From Alphaproteobacteria bacterium (GTDB lineage: Bacteria; Pseudomonadota; Alphaproteobacteria; GCA-2731375): a stretch of DNA of 64,000 bases. A program made the position numbers and the translations under genes. Under the pieces are notes generated by a model that saw only the letters and a program-made list of their open reading frames with translations, made no database searches and had not been told where the DNA came from. The first letter of the stretch is position 1. Each line of letters begins with the position of its first letter. The stretch lies in NCBI GenBank assembly GCA_965232515.1, contig CBDDPY010000002.1:6656001-6720000 (forward strand). The letters are read 5' to 3'. This document shows positions 47,703 to 57,012 of the stretch, one piece after another.

Positions 47703-48594
47703 CCGGCACGACCGCCGACCCGCATAGCGAATTGCAGTAAGCGCCGATGTCCCTGAAGGTCATGCTCGTCGCGCGCGCCAGCTTGTCCGACCGCATCGAA
47801 ACATTCACGGGCCGGGCTTCCGAAAGATCGAAGTCGTGGATGCTACACGGCTTTATCGTGATGTCGCGGACACCGGTTGCCGAACTGAACGCGGCGAGCA
47901 GAATTTGCAGCAATTCGATCCGGCGAAAGGCTTTGTTGCCGGAGAGGTGAAACAGACCGGACAAATCGCGCTCGATGACGCGCGTGATCGCCGTCGTCAC
48001 GTCGTCGATGTGAACGGGCGAGAAAATCTGGTCCTGGGCACAGGTGATGACGGCGCCGGGGTGGAACTGATCCAGCCAGTTGGTGAACAGTGTGCCGTCG
48101 CCCAGCTCACCACCAAACACCTTGGCCAAACGAAGAATGGCGTGGGGTACGCCCAACCCGTTGAGATAGCTTTCCGCGTCCAGCTTCTGCCGTCCGTAGA
48201 GAAGGATCGGCCGGGCGTCATCTTCCTCGTCGTAGTTTCCGCGCCTGCCGTCGAAGACGAATTCCGTCGAGGTGAAAACGGGCTTGATCCCCATCTCTGT
48301 CAGCTGGTCGAAGATGCGGCAGACGCTGTCGACATTGAGCGCCTGGGAATGCTGGCTGTCCCGCACGCAGCTGTCAGGCTCGGTGTCGCCAAGCAGGACG
48401 ACGGCGTGCGAGAAGGCGGCCGGGTCGTCGACGATCTGGGCGAGCCGATCGGTGAGCGCGTCGAAGGCGATGCCGCCGGGAAACGGAGTCGAGCAGTAGG
48501 TGCCGACGGCCCGCGCGGGGCCCAGGTGTCGGAGCAGGTGGCGGCCGACGAAACTGGAGGCCCCCAGCACCAATATCCTGCCGCCGCCGGTCAT
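47674..48594 (-). CDS. RmlD-like NAD(P)-dependent sugar reductase
   Basis: LGASSFVG, STEFVFDG, YGRQK and DQIFSPVH. Confidence 0.82.
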   Translation of the reverse strand: MTGGGRILVLGASSFVGRHLLRHLGPARAVGTYCSTPFPGGIAFDALTDRLAQIVDDPAAFSHAVVLLGDTEPDSCVRDSQHSQALNVDSVCRIFDQLTEMGIKPVFTSTEFVFDGRRGNYDEEDDARPILLYGRQKLDAESYLNGLGVPHAILRLAKVFGGELGDGTLFTNWLDQFHPGAVITCAQDQIFSPVHIDDVTTAITRVIERDLSGLFHLSGNKAFRRIELLQILLAAFSSATGVRDITIKPCSIHDFDLSEARPVNVSMRSDKLARATSMTFRDIGAYCNSLCGSAVVPATRRYARHP

Positions 48595-48601
48595 CGGCGG
48601 G

Positions 48602-49729
48602 TCAGGACTTCAGAGACTCGGCGATCTCCATGGCCTGGGCGATGCAGTCGTCGACGTCGACGCGGTACTGATAGCTGCCGGCGCGGCCGATCGAGAATAC
48701 GCCGTCGGGCATGGCGTCGAGATACTTCTTGGCCCTGGCATACTCGCTGGTCAGCGGCACCGGATAGTAGCGGCCGTTCCGGGACGGGATTTCCATGCCG
48801 ATGATGGTGCTGTCCGCGTCGTAGTTCTGCCGGGTGAACTGCTTGTACTCGACCAGCCGGGTAAACGGCTCCTGGCTGGCGTAGTAGAGGAAGTAGACGT
48901 TCTCCGGGAAGGCATGCGCGATCGGCAGCACGAATTTGTAGAAGTCGCGGCCGATATAGGGCAAGTCGCCGTATTCCCCGTTCATCACGGTATCGGGCGA
49001 CAGCGTGTTGACGATGACGTCGTAGCTCTGTTTCTCGCCGTCGACGACCACGGTCTTTGCCGGAAGGTCATAGGCTTCGATGCGCGTTCGCAGACGCACG
49101 TTCGTGTCGGCCGTGGCGATCTCGAAGTAGTCGTCATAGCCGTTGCGGGCGTGCGGGTAGGCGGAGATGGCGCTGTCCCAGGCCTCGCGCGGCCCTTCTT
49201 TCAGGGTCACGCCCTTTGGCGACCAGTTGAAATCGTCGATGGTCTTGTTGTCGTCGACCATCCACATCTTCTGCGAATAGGTGTTGACGAACTTGTCGTA
49301 GAGCGTGCGGCCGATCGAGGCGATCCAGAACTCCTCGAAGTTGCGGGCTTCAATGGAGCCGCTCAATGCTCGGGCCTCCTCGAGCTCGGCATGGATCTGA
49401 TCGCGCTCGGGCATCCGGTCCACGTCATCGATATGGACCGGGTAGTTGTAGAACTGTGCGTCCTGCTCGACATAGGTCAGGAAGACGTGATCGTTGCAGC
49501 GCCGCAGCGGGCAGTGCTGGTTCAGGTATTCATAGACCTTCTCGTTCTGGGTCAGAAAATGCCGTGGGCCGAATGTAAAGGGGTGACCGCCATACCAGAG
49601 CGTTTTGCAGCCGCCGCCGAGGAACGGCGCCGCCTCGACCAGGGTCACGTCCCACGCGCCGTTCGCCGAGAGTAGGTGCGCCGCGGCGCAGCCGGCGAAA
49701 CCGCCGCCGATGACAAGAGCCGTCTTCAT
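48602..49729 (-). CDS. UDP-galactopyranose mutase-like flavoenzyme
   Basis: IGGGFAG, FGPRHF, YNYP, YSQKMW, FTRLVEYK, YYPV and GRAGSYQY. Confidence 0.8.
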   Translation of the reverse strand: MKTALVIGGGFAGCAAAHLLSANGAWDVTLVEAAPFLGGGCKTLWYGGHPFTFGPRHFLTQNEKVYEYLNQHCPLRRCNDHVFLTYVEQDAQFYNYPVHIDDVDRMPERDQIHAELEEARALSGSIEARNFEEFWIASIGRTLYDKFVNTYSQKMWMVDDNKTIDDFNWSPKGVTLKEGPREAWDSAISAYPHARNGYDDYFEIATADTNVRLRTRIEAYDLPAKTVVVDGEKQSYDVIVNTLSPDTVMNGEYGDLPYIGRDFYKFVLPIAHAFPENVYFLYYASQEPFTRLVEYKQFTRQNYDADSTIIGMEIPSRNGRYYPVPLTSEYARAKKYLDAMPDGVFSIGRAGSYQYRVDVDDCIAQAMEIAESLKS

Positions 49730-49922
49730 TTCCCTCAACGCCTTTCAGCAGATCGTCCCGGTATGCCGGTAACCACCGACCAAAGTCATTGAGCGCGAAT
49801 ATGGTAAACAATCCCTTCACGGTGCCTCGCCGGGCCGCCGCGACGGCGCTGGTCCAGGCGCCTGACGAACGATAACCGACGCTGCCCCGGCGGGCCGTTG
49901 AGCGGCCCCGGTTTCCGTTTTC

Positions 49923-49949
49923 TTAACCATTGCCAACCAGATTAACCAT
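49923..49949. promoter_or_regulatory. Two TTAACCAT CtrA half-site motifs in a divergent promoter
   Basis: TTAACCAT at 49923 and 49942. Confidence 0.45.
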
Positions 49950-50014
49950 GTTGCGCCTGGCGCCGGTTTCGGCGGCCGGCAATCCCGCCGGGGCGGACGA
50001 TCGGAGGAACGACT

Positions 50015-50878
50015 GTGAGCTTGTTTCTGATTGGCGAAATCGGCATCAACCACAACGGTGACATCGCGATCGCAAAACAGCTGATCGACGCCGCCGCCGA
50101 CGCCGGCTTCGACGCCGTCAAATTTCAGAAGCGCACCGTCGACAAGGTTTATAGCGAGGAATACCTGGACAGCCCACGGCAGAGCCCCTGGGGCACGACC
50201 CAGCGCGACCAGAAGCTGGGCCTCGAATTCGACGAGGCGGCGTTCGGCGAGATCGACCGCTATTGCCATCACCGCGGTATCGGCTGGTCGGCCTCGGCCT
50301 GGGACACGGACAGCCAAAGCTTCCTCGATAGGTTCGATCTGCCGTTTAACAAGGTCGCCTCGCCGCTGCTCGGACACCGGCCGTTGCTGCGCCAGATCGC
50401 GGCCGAGGGTCGCAAGACCTTCATTTCGACGGGCATGTCGTCGCTCGATGAAGTCGACGAGGCGGTCAACTACTTTGTTCAAGCCAATTGCCCGTTCGAG
50501 CTGATGCATTGCAACAGCAGCTATCCGATGGCCGAGGAGAACGCGAACCTCAAATGCATCCCGATGCTGCGCGAGCGCTTCAATTGCGATGTCGGCTATT
50601 CGGGACACGAATCCTCTCTGATCAAGATCAGCGCCGCCGCGGTGGCGTTGGGCGCGACGTCGATCGAACGGCACATCACACTGGATCGCGCCATGTACGG
50701 TTCCGATCAGGCCGCGTCCATCGAGGCCGGGTCGCTGCGGGGCTTCGTGCAGGCCGTGCATTCGGTCGAGAAGGCAATGGGCGACGGTGGAAAGTCGGTT
50801 CGGCCGGAAGAGCAGGCCGCGCGCGACAAGCTGCGTGTCGATGTAGCGGACACCGGTCCGGAAGTGGTCGCCGCCTGA
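50015..50878 (+). CDS. NeuB-family (nonulosonic acid) synthase, short form without SAF domain
   Basis: GEIGINHNGD, AVKFQKR, KVAS, ISTGM, MHCNSSYP, GYSGHE, IERHITLDR and GSDQAASIE; 287 aa. Confidence 0.92.
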   Translation: MSLFLIGEIGINHNGDIAIAKQLIDAAADAGFDAVKFQKRTVDKVYSEEYLDSPRQSPWGTTQRDQKLGLEFDEAAFGEIDRYCHHRGIGWSASAWDTDSQSFLDRFDLPFNKVASPLLGHRPLLRQIAAEGRKTFISTGMSSLDEVDEAVNYFVQANCPFELMHCNSSYPMAEENANLKCIPMLRERFNCDVGYSGHESSLIKISAAAVALGATSIERHITLDRAMYGSDQAASIEAGSLRGFVQAVHSVEKAMGDGGKSVRPEEQAARDKLRVDVADTGPEVVAA

Positions 50879-50906
50879 CCGTATTCGGTATCGACGAGTA
50901 GCGACG

Positions 50907-51686
50907 ATGTCGACCAAGCCCATTGTGCATGCGCTTATTCCGGCCCGGGGCGGCTCCAAGGGCGTGCCGGGAAAGAACGTCCGCAGCGTCGGCGGCTTTC
51001 CCATGGTGGCTTTCAGCATTTTAGCGGGACTCGAGGCGGCACGCATCGACCGTACCGTGGTCACGACGGACGCCGAGCATATCGCCGATCTGGCGCGGCA
51101 GTTCGGCGCCGACGTGCCGTTCCTGCGCCCGGCCGAATTCGCCCGCGACGAGGCGCCGGATCTGGCCTACATCAACCATTATCTCGATTGGCTGCAGGCC
51201 TATGAGGGCGCGCTGCCGGATTGGCTGGTAATCCTGCGGCCGACGACGCCGCTGCGCGACCCGGTGGTGCTGGACGAGGCTATCGACGCCTTCGCGGCGC
51301 GTCCGGAAGCGACCGGCCTCCGCTCCATTCATCCGCTCGCCGAACCGCCGCAAAAACAACTGGGTCTCGAGGACGGCTGGCTGGTCGGTCTGTTCCCCCA
51401 CGACCCGCGCGCCGAATACTACAACCTGCCGCGCCAGTCCTTCCCGCAATCCTATCAGCCGAACGGCTATGTGGATGTCGTCCGGGTCGACTACATCCGC
51501 GAGACCGGCATGTTGTACGGCGATCGCTCGCTGGGATTCGAGACAAAGCCCGTGATCGAAATCGATCATCCCGAAGACATGGATTACCTCGCCTATTGGA
51601 TCGAGCGGCATGGCGATCCGCTGCTGGACTTGCTGCGTAGCCGGTTCGGGCCGCGCGAGATCGTCCCGGCGGCAGCAGGAGACTGA
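50907..51686 (+). CDS. Acylneuraminate cytidylyltransferase (NeuA family)
   Basis: IPARGGSKGVPGKN, VPFLRP, LRPTTPLR and EIDHPED. Confidence 0.92.
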   Translation: MSTKPIVHALIPARGGSKGVPGKNVRSVGGFPMVAFSILAGLEAARIDRTVVTTDAEHIADLARQFGADVPFLRPAEFARDEAPDLAYINHYLDWLQAYEGALPDWLVILRPTTPLRDPVVLDEAIDAFAARPEATGLRSIHPLAEPPQKQLGLEDGWLVGLFPHDPRAEYYNLPRQSFPQSYQPNGYVDVVRVDYIRETGMLYGDRSLGFETKPVIEIDHPEDMDYLAYWIERHGDPLLDLLRSRFGPREIVPAAAGD

Positions 51687-51692
51687 CGAGCG

Positions 51693-53075
51693 ATGTCGTT
51701 TCATTTCAGCCGGACGCCGGTCGAAACCGCGCCCGTCGAGACCACTTACCGCCGCATCGCCACGCCGCTGCCGGTGCCGGATTCCCTGCCGTTGCTCGAT
51801 GAGCTGGCCGCCGTCGAAACGCGGGCGATGCACGGCCAGATGCCGATCGTCTGGGATCGGGCCAAGGACTTCCAGGTCTGGGACCGTTGGGGCAATTGCT
51901 GGATCGACTTCACCTCGACGATCTTCGTCGCCAATGCCGGACATGCGAACGACCACGTGCTGGCCGCGCTCAGGCAGGCGCTCGATGCCGAGCTGCTGCA
52001 CAGCTACAACTATCCGACCGAGATCCGGGCCCGCTATCTGACCGCGCTGGTCGCGGCGATGCCGCCGCATATCGACAAGGCCTATTTGATGTCGACCGGC
52101 ACCGAGGCGACGGAGGCCGCGTTCCGGCTGATGCGCATTCACGGTCAGCGAAACGGCAAGGGACCGGGCGTGATCGCGTTCGAAGGCAGCTATCACGGCC
52201 GCACGCTGGGCGCCGCCCTGATGAGCGGCAGTTCGGCGTCGCGGGATTGGATCCGCTACGAGGATCCGCACGTCCACCGGTTTGATTTCCCCTTTGGCTC
52301 CGACAGCGACAACGTCGACTGGCGTGCGGTGTTCCATGCCGAGCTCGATGCACTCGCGGCGCGTGGCGTCGATCCGAAGCGGGATATCAGTGGCCTGATG
52401 CTGGAATCCTATGTCGGCTGGGCCGCCGCGTTCTTCCCCCGCGCCTACGTCGATGCCGTCGCGACGTTTGCCCGGGAAAACGACATTCTGCTGGCGTTCG
52501 ACGAGGTCCAGGCCGGTTTCGGCCGGACAGGCAAGTTGTTTGCTTATCAGCACTATGATGTCGAGCCGGACCTAATCTGCTGCGGCAAGGGCATCGGCAG
52601 CGGTTTTCCACTGTCGGCTCTGGTCGGCCGTGGCGAGATCCTGGACCTTCCCGAGACCGGCATTCTGTCGAGCACGCATTCGGCCAACCCGTTGGGCTGT
52701 GCCGCCGGCCTGGCGACCCTTGAAGAGTTCGAACGCCGCGATCTGGTTGCCGCGGCCGAACGCAAGGGAGATCTTCTGCTGGCGCGTCTGCACGATTTGC
52801 AGGGCCGCTTCCCCGGCCATATCGACCGCGTCAACGGCCGCGGACTGGTAGCGGCGCTGATCTTCCGCGACCCCGAAACCGGGGCGGCGGATTGCGATAC
52901 GCCGAGCCGGATCTGCGAGGAAGCCATGCGTCGTGGCGTGCTTCTGGTCCATACCGGCCGGGAGTCGATCAAGTTCGGACCGCCGCTGACCATCGACGAA
53001 GCCGCGATCGACGAGGGCATGGATGTCCTGACCGAGATCATGGCCGAGCTGTGTCATCGAGGCCCGCGCCCATGA
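51693..53075 (+). CDS. Class III PLP aminotransferase
   Basis: STGTEATE, YHGRT, FDEVQAGFGRTG, CGKGIGSG, STHSANP and PPLTI. Confidence 0.92.
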   Translation: MSFHFSRTPVETAPVETTYRRIATPLPVPDSLPLLDELAAVETRAMHGQMPIVWDRAKDFQVWDRWGNCWIDFTSTIFVANAGHANDHVLAALRQALDAELLHSYNYPTEIRARYLTALVAAMPPHIDKAYLMSTGTEATEAAFRLMRIHGQRNGKGPGVIAFEGSYHGRTLGAALMSGSSASRDWIRYEDPHVHRFDFPFGSDSDNVDWRAVFHAELDALAARGVDPKRDISGLMLESYVGWAAAFFPRAYVDAVATFARENDILLAFDEVQAGFGRTGKLFAYQHYDVEPDLICCGKGIGSGFPLSALVGRGEILDLPETGILSSTHSANPLGCAAGLATLEEFERRDLVAAAERKGDLLLARLHDLQGRFPGHIDRVNGRGLVAALIFRDPETGAADCDTPSRICEEAMRRGVLLVHTGRESIKFGPPLTIDEAAIDEGMDVLTEIMAELCHRGPRP

Positions 53076-53509
53076 GCGGCCTCCGTCATGTCGGGATCGT
53101 CGTCACCGACGCGGATGCATCGGCGTATTTCTACAGCGACTATTTTGGGTTCGAGACGCTGACCGACACGGTCGAGGAAGGCGAGGCCCTGTCCCGTCAA
53201 CTGGCGCTGGCCGGCGTATCGGTGCGAACCGTGAAGATGCGCCCGCCCGGCGGCGGCGTTCTGTTGGAGCTGCTGCAGTTCCGTTCGCCGACAGCCGCGC
53301 ACCGGGACCCACGTCCGCTCGCGGCCTTGGGCCTGACGCATATCGCCCTCACCGTCGACGACGCCGACGCGGTCTACCGGCGCCTGCGGGATGGCGGTGT
53401 CAGCATGCGCTCGGCGCCGACGGCGTCGGCCGACGGCAAAGTCGAAATGTTCTTCTGTGCCGATCCGAATGGCGTGCAGCTCGAGATCGTGCAGGAGAAG
53501 GCGGCGTGA
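53072..53509 (+). CDS. VOC/glyoxalase family protein
   Basis: RHVGIVV, LELLQF, THIALTVDD and FCADPNGVQLEIV. Confidence 0.88.
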   Translation: MSGLRHVGIVVTDADASAYFYSDYFGFETLTDTVEEGEALSRQLALAGVSVRTVKMRPPGGGVLLELLQFRSPTAAHRDPRPLAALGLTHIALTVDDADAVYRRLRDGGVSMRSAPTASADGKVEMFFCADPNGVQLEIVQEKAA

Positions 53510-54168
53510 GTTTCATCCCGATCGCCGGTACGAATTATACCGATATCGCGCGGCGGCGCCTGACCGGCGAGATCGCCGAGTTGACCTGGCTCCAGCAGTT
53601 CCGCGATCTGCTGCGGCCGCATCTGCGCCCGGGCATGGTGGTCGCCGATTTTGGATGCTCGACGGGGTACGCCTATACCAGCCTGGCGGAGTTCGACATC
53701 CGCTACGTCGGCATCGATTTCGAACCGGCCTATCTCGCCATCGGACACGATTACTTTGCCGGTAATCCGAACGTGTCCTTTCGCCAGCACGACATCACGT
53801 CCGAGCCGATCGATCTCCGGGCCGATGCCGTGATCTGCAGCGCAATGCTCGAGCACTGCCCGGCGCTCGAGCCGGCCTTGACGAACATCGCCAACGTCGC
53901 CGACCGGCTGTTCCTGCTGCGGACATTTATGGGTCCGGAAGAGATTATCGAGAGCTATGTCGCACCGGTCGAAGGCAACGACGAAGGGGCTATCAAGCAT
54001 TCCAACGTTTATGACCGCGACGGTCTGGTGCGGCGCCTGTCCGACTTGGGCTTCGATGCGCATGTGATCGCCGATCGCTATACGGGAAGCGAACGCCGGA
54101 GCGTGCAGGGCCGTGACCGGGCGTTTCATGTGCTTCAGGCAAAACGGGGCGCGCGCGGTCATGCATAG
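53506..54168 (+). CDS. Class I SAM-dependent methyltransferase
   Basis: VADFGCSTG, YVGIDFE and AVICSAMLEH. Confidence 0.82.
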   Translation: MSFIPIAGTNYTDIARRRLTGEIAELTWLQQFRDLLRPHLRPGMVVADFGCSTGYAYTSLAEFDIRYVGIDFEPAYLAIGHDYFAGNPNVSFRQHDITSEPIDLRADAVICSAMLEHCPALEPALTNIANVADRLFLLRTFMGPEEIIESYVAPVEGNDEGAIKHSNVYDRDGLVRRLSDLGFDAHVIADRYTGSERRSVQGRDRAFHVLQAKRGARGHA

Positions 54169-56005
54169 CGCCGCCCTTAGAAACGATGCCGAGGTGGAGG
54201 AACTGTACGGCCGGGCGCGTCTGGCTTACGCCAACAACGACTTTGAAACGGCGTTGGATTTGTTCCAGAAGATCTTGCAGCGGATCCCCGACCACGTCAT
54301 GGCGAATTTCCACATTGGGCTGATCGCGCATCGTACGGGGAACTCAGACTTCGGCCGCAAGTTCTTTGCCCGCGCGGTTGACGAGCTGCGTCTGCTGGCT
54401 TTTGCGCATGGGGGCGACCGCGAGGTTTGGCTGGCGTTGATTTGCGCGGTAGCTGGCAGCGCCGACGACGACGCGATTGCCGAAGCCGTTCGGGACGCGC
54501 GCAGCCTGGCCGGCGAAGACGTCGGCTTTCTGCAGGACATCGGCAACCAGCTTGTCGAATACGGCCAGTTCGAACGGGGCATTGCCCTGTTCGAGGAGGC
54601 GCTGGCGATTGATCCGAACTGCCCCTTGCTGTTGAAGAAGTTCGGACGCGCCATGGCGAAACTCGGCCGGCACGATGAAGCCGTGACATATTATGAAAAG
54701 GTTTTGGAGCGGCTGCCCGACGATGCCAGCACCTACGATGCGCTGGGCATGGTCTTCAATCACAGCAATCTGAACGCCGACAAGGCAGCTTCGGCCTATC
54801 GCAAGGCTATCGAGATTGACCCGAACGCCGTCCGCTATAGTCAGATGGCCGACAGCTTGCGGCTTTATGGACAGTTCGACGCCGCTGTCGAGGCGCTTAC
54901 CGAGGGCATCGCGCTGTGCCCGCCATACGAACTGCCAATGAAGTGCGAGATGTTGCAGCAACTGGGCTGCAACTTAGAATTGGCCGGCCGGCGGGCTGAC
55001 GCCGAACAAAAGTGGCTGGAGTCTCTGGACCTGACGAGGCAGTTCCTGGCCACCTGTCCGAAGACGGATGTTCTGGCGATCTGCCGAGAGATACGGCTGC
55101 TTTGGCGGCTGGATCGGCGGCAGGAAGCGATTGACCGATACACGGCCCTGAAGGCCGATGCGGCGGGGCGTGCGTTCACCTACTCGCCCGACACCTATTC
55201 GCAGGACATGGCGGGCGCCTTGACGCGGTTGCACGAAATCGTCGGCGGCCGGGACGTGTTCCTGTTGTTGCACGGTCCATCCGCCAAGGTCTTCGCAGAC
55301 AGGATCGATGCGTTCGGCGGCCGGGACATCTGTTTCATGACCGGACACAGCTTCGAGTTTTTCGAAGAGGGTCCGCTACGTGAAATCGGGGCGAAGGTCG
55401 AGCTGGCGACGGTCAGCAACGCCATGCTGATGAAGGCGCACGGCGATCAGATCGAAGCGTTCCTGGCGCGCGATGCGAAAAACCAGTTGCTGACCTGCCG
55501 CTTCTGCTTCGATCAGGCCGGCCAGACGAATCTGAGTTCGCAGGACTTCGAGGCGCGGTACCAGAGCAAGATGCTGTTCTTCCCGCCGCCGAACGTATCG
55601 CTGTTGCCGGTGCCGCATTCGCCGTTGGCCTTCCCGCTCTGCAATACCCTGTCGACCATGCTGCCGTTTCTGGTTCTCGGTCGGCCGCGCCGGGTGTTCC
55701 TGTTCGGGGTCGACGGCGTCGGGCGGGATGCCGCCGGCGGCGGCGAACGCTACGGGACGAACAATAAGCACTATCGGTACGCGCCCGCCGACGATCATGA
55801 AGAGCGAATGCTGGCGCTCAACCTTCTGGCTGACACGTTGACATTCGGATTTGCGGCGGAGCTGAGTTTGGTCGGCGTATCGCTGATGTACAATTTGCCG
55901 ATCCCGCCGATCTATACCGTTTCGCCTGACAGCCATATCGATCTGTTTCCAAGGATCGATATCGACGCCTGCATCGAGATGCTGCGGGCGTCCGACTCCG
56001 GCTAA
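54161..56005 (+). CDS. TPR protein with C-terminal Maf/sialyltransferase-like domain
   Basis: N-terminal TPRs; C-terminal VFLLLHGPSA ... NTLSTML..LVLGRPRRVFLFGVDG resembles the GxGPS...IxLxGxD motifs of DUF115/Maf and CstII-like enzymes. Confidence 0.6.
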   Translation: MHSAALRNDAEVEELYGRARLAYANNDFETALDLFQKILQRIPDHVMANFHIGLIAHRTGNSDFGRKFFARAVDELRLLAFAHGGDREVWLALICAVAGSADDDAIAEAVRDARSLAGEDVGFLQDIGNQLVEYGQFERGIALFEEALAIDPNCPLLLKKFGRAMAKLGRHDEAVTYYEKVLERLPDDASTYDALGMVFNHSNLNADKAASAYRKAIEIDPNAVRYSQMADSLRLYGQFDAAVEALTEGIALCPPYELPMKCEMLQQLGCNLELAGRRADAEQKWLESLDLTRQFLATCPKTDVLAICREIRLLWRLDRRQEAIDRYTALKADAAGRAFTYSPDTYSQDMAGALTRLHEIVGGRDVFLLLHGPSAKVFADRIDAFGGRDICFMTGHSFEFFEEGPLREIGAKVELATVSNAMLMKAHGDQIEAFLARDAKNQLLTCRFCFDQAGQTNLSSQDFEARYQSKMLFFPPPNVSLLPVPHSPLAFPLCNTLSTMLPFLVLGRPRRVFLFGVDGVGRDAAGGGERYGTNNKHYRYAPADDHEERMLALNLLADTLTFGFAAELSLVGVSLMYNLPIPPIYTVSPDSHIDLFPRIDIDACIEMLRASDSG

Positions 56006-56991
56006 ATCTCAGTCGGCGTCCCCGCGAACCAGAGATTTTCGCCCAGCCGGTGGCGGCAGAGGATCGCCTTATAGCGCCGGTCGGTATCGGCCATCAGATC
56101 CGCGAGTTCGGTCTGCAATTCCGCCGGCAGGCCTGCATTGAGCGGTAATCGGGCTGGCCCCAGTCCCTGATGCGCCGATGGCTGCGGTTCGTCGCGCAGC
56201 GCCCAATGCAGATGATTGAGCATGTTGTAGTCCTGCGCATAGCTCACCTCGCCCCTGACGCCGGCGCGCGCCAGGACGGCGCTCAGCGATGCCGCGCTGA
56301 AATACCAGAGATGGGCCTTGTGATAGTAGAAGCTCCGGTACCGGGGGGCGTCGTAGAGCGACAGGAGTGGATCGTCGAGGTTCGGCACTTCGACAACGAG
56401 GGTGCCGCCCGGCCGGACATAGCTGGCGAAGGTTTTGCAGGCGGCGATGGGATCGTCAATATGTTCCAGCGTCTGGATGGCGACGACCAGATCGAAGGCG
56501 TTTTGGGGCAAGCCGGATTCCGCCAACGTGCCGCTATGGGTGGTCAATCCGAGCTCGTCGCGGGCGAAGGCCGCCGCGCCGGAATCGAGATCGAAGCCGA
56601 CCGCTTCGCCCACCCGTTCGTTCAGGTGGGAGAGCAGATGGCCCGTCGAGCAGCCGATCTCGAGCACTCGGGCGTCGGCGGTCAGATTGGGCGCCAGCAA
56701 GTCCAGGCGCTGCTGCTGGTAGTTGACGTGCGCCTCGAAAATGTCGCGGTAATCGGCCGGGCGGCCCGGCGTCGGTCCATGGTGTTTGCGATATTCGCCG
56801 TCGTAGTAGGCCTTCAGGTCGGCGCCGGCATCGTGCTCGCGTTCGAGGATGCCGAGGTCGCAATCCGGACAGTGTAGAACCCGGCCGGGCCCGTTTCGCA
56901 GCTCCGTCGTCAAGACGGCAAGATTCTGTCGGCCACAGAGATAGCAGGCGGTCGCAGACGTTTCGGCATGCGGTTGCGGCATTGCGGTCAT
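56002..56991 (-). CDS. SAM-dependent methyltransferase with N-terminal Zn-ribbon
   Basis: CYLC...CPDC, VLEIGCSTG, TLEHIDDP and VVEVPN. Confidence 0.88.
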   Translation of the reverse strand: MTAMPQPHAETSATACYLCGRQNLAVLTTELRNGPGRVLHCPDCDLGILEREHDAGADLKAYYDGEYRKHHGPTPGRPADYRDIFEAHVNYQQQRLDLLAPNLTADARVLEIGCSTGHLLSHLNERVGEAVGFDLDSGAAAFARDELGLTTHSGTLAESGLPQNAFDLVVAIQTLEHIDDPIAACKTFASYVRPGGTLVVEVPNLDDPLLSLYDAPRYRSFYYHKAHLWYFSAASLSAVLARAGVRGEVSYAQDYNMLNHLHWALRDEPQPSAHQGLGPARLPLNAGLPAELQTELADLMADTDRRYKAILCRHRLGENLWFAGTPTEI

Positions 56992-57012
56992 GATCGGGTC
57001 TTTGACCTCCGG

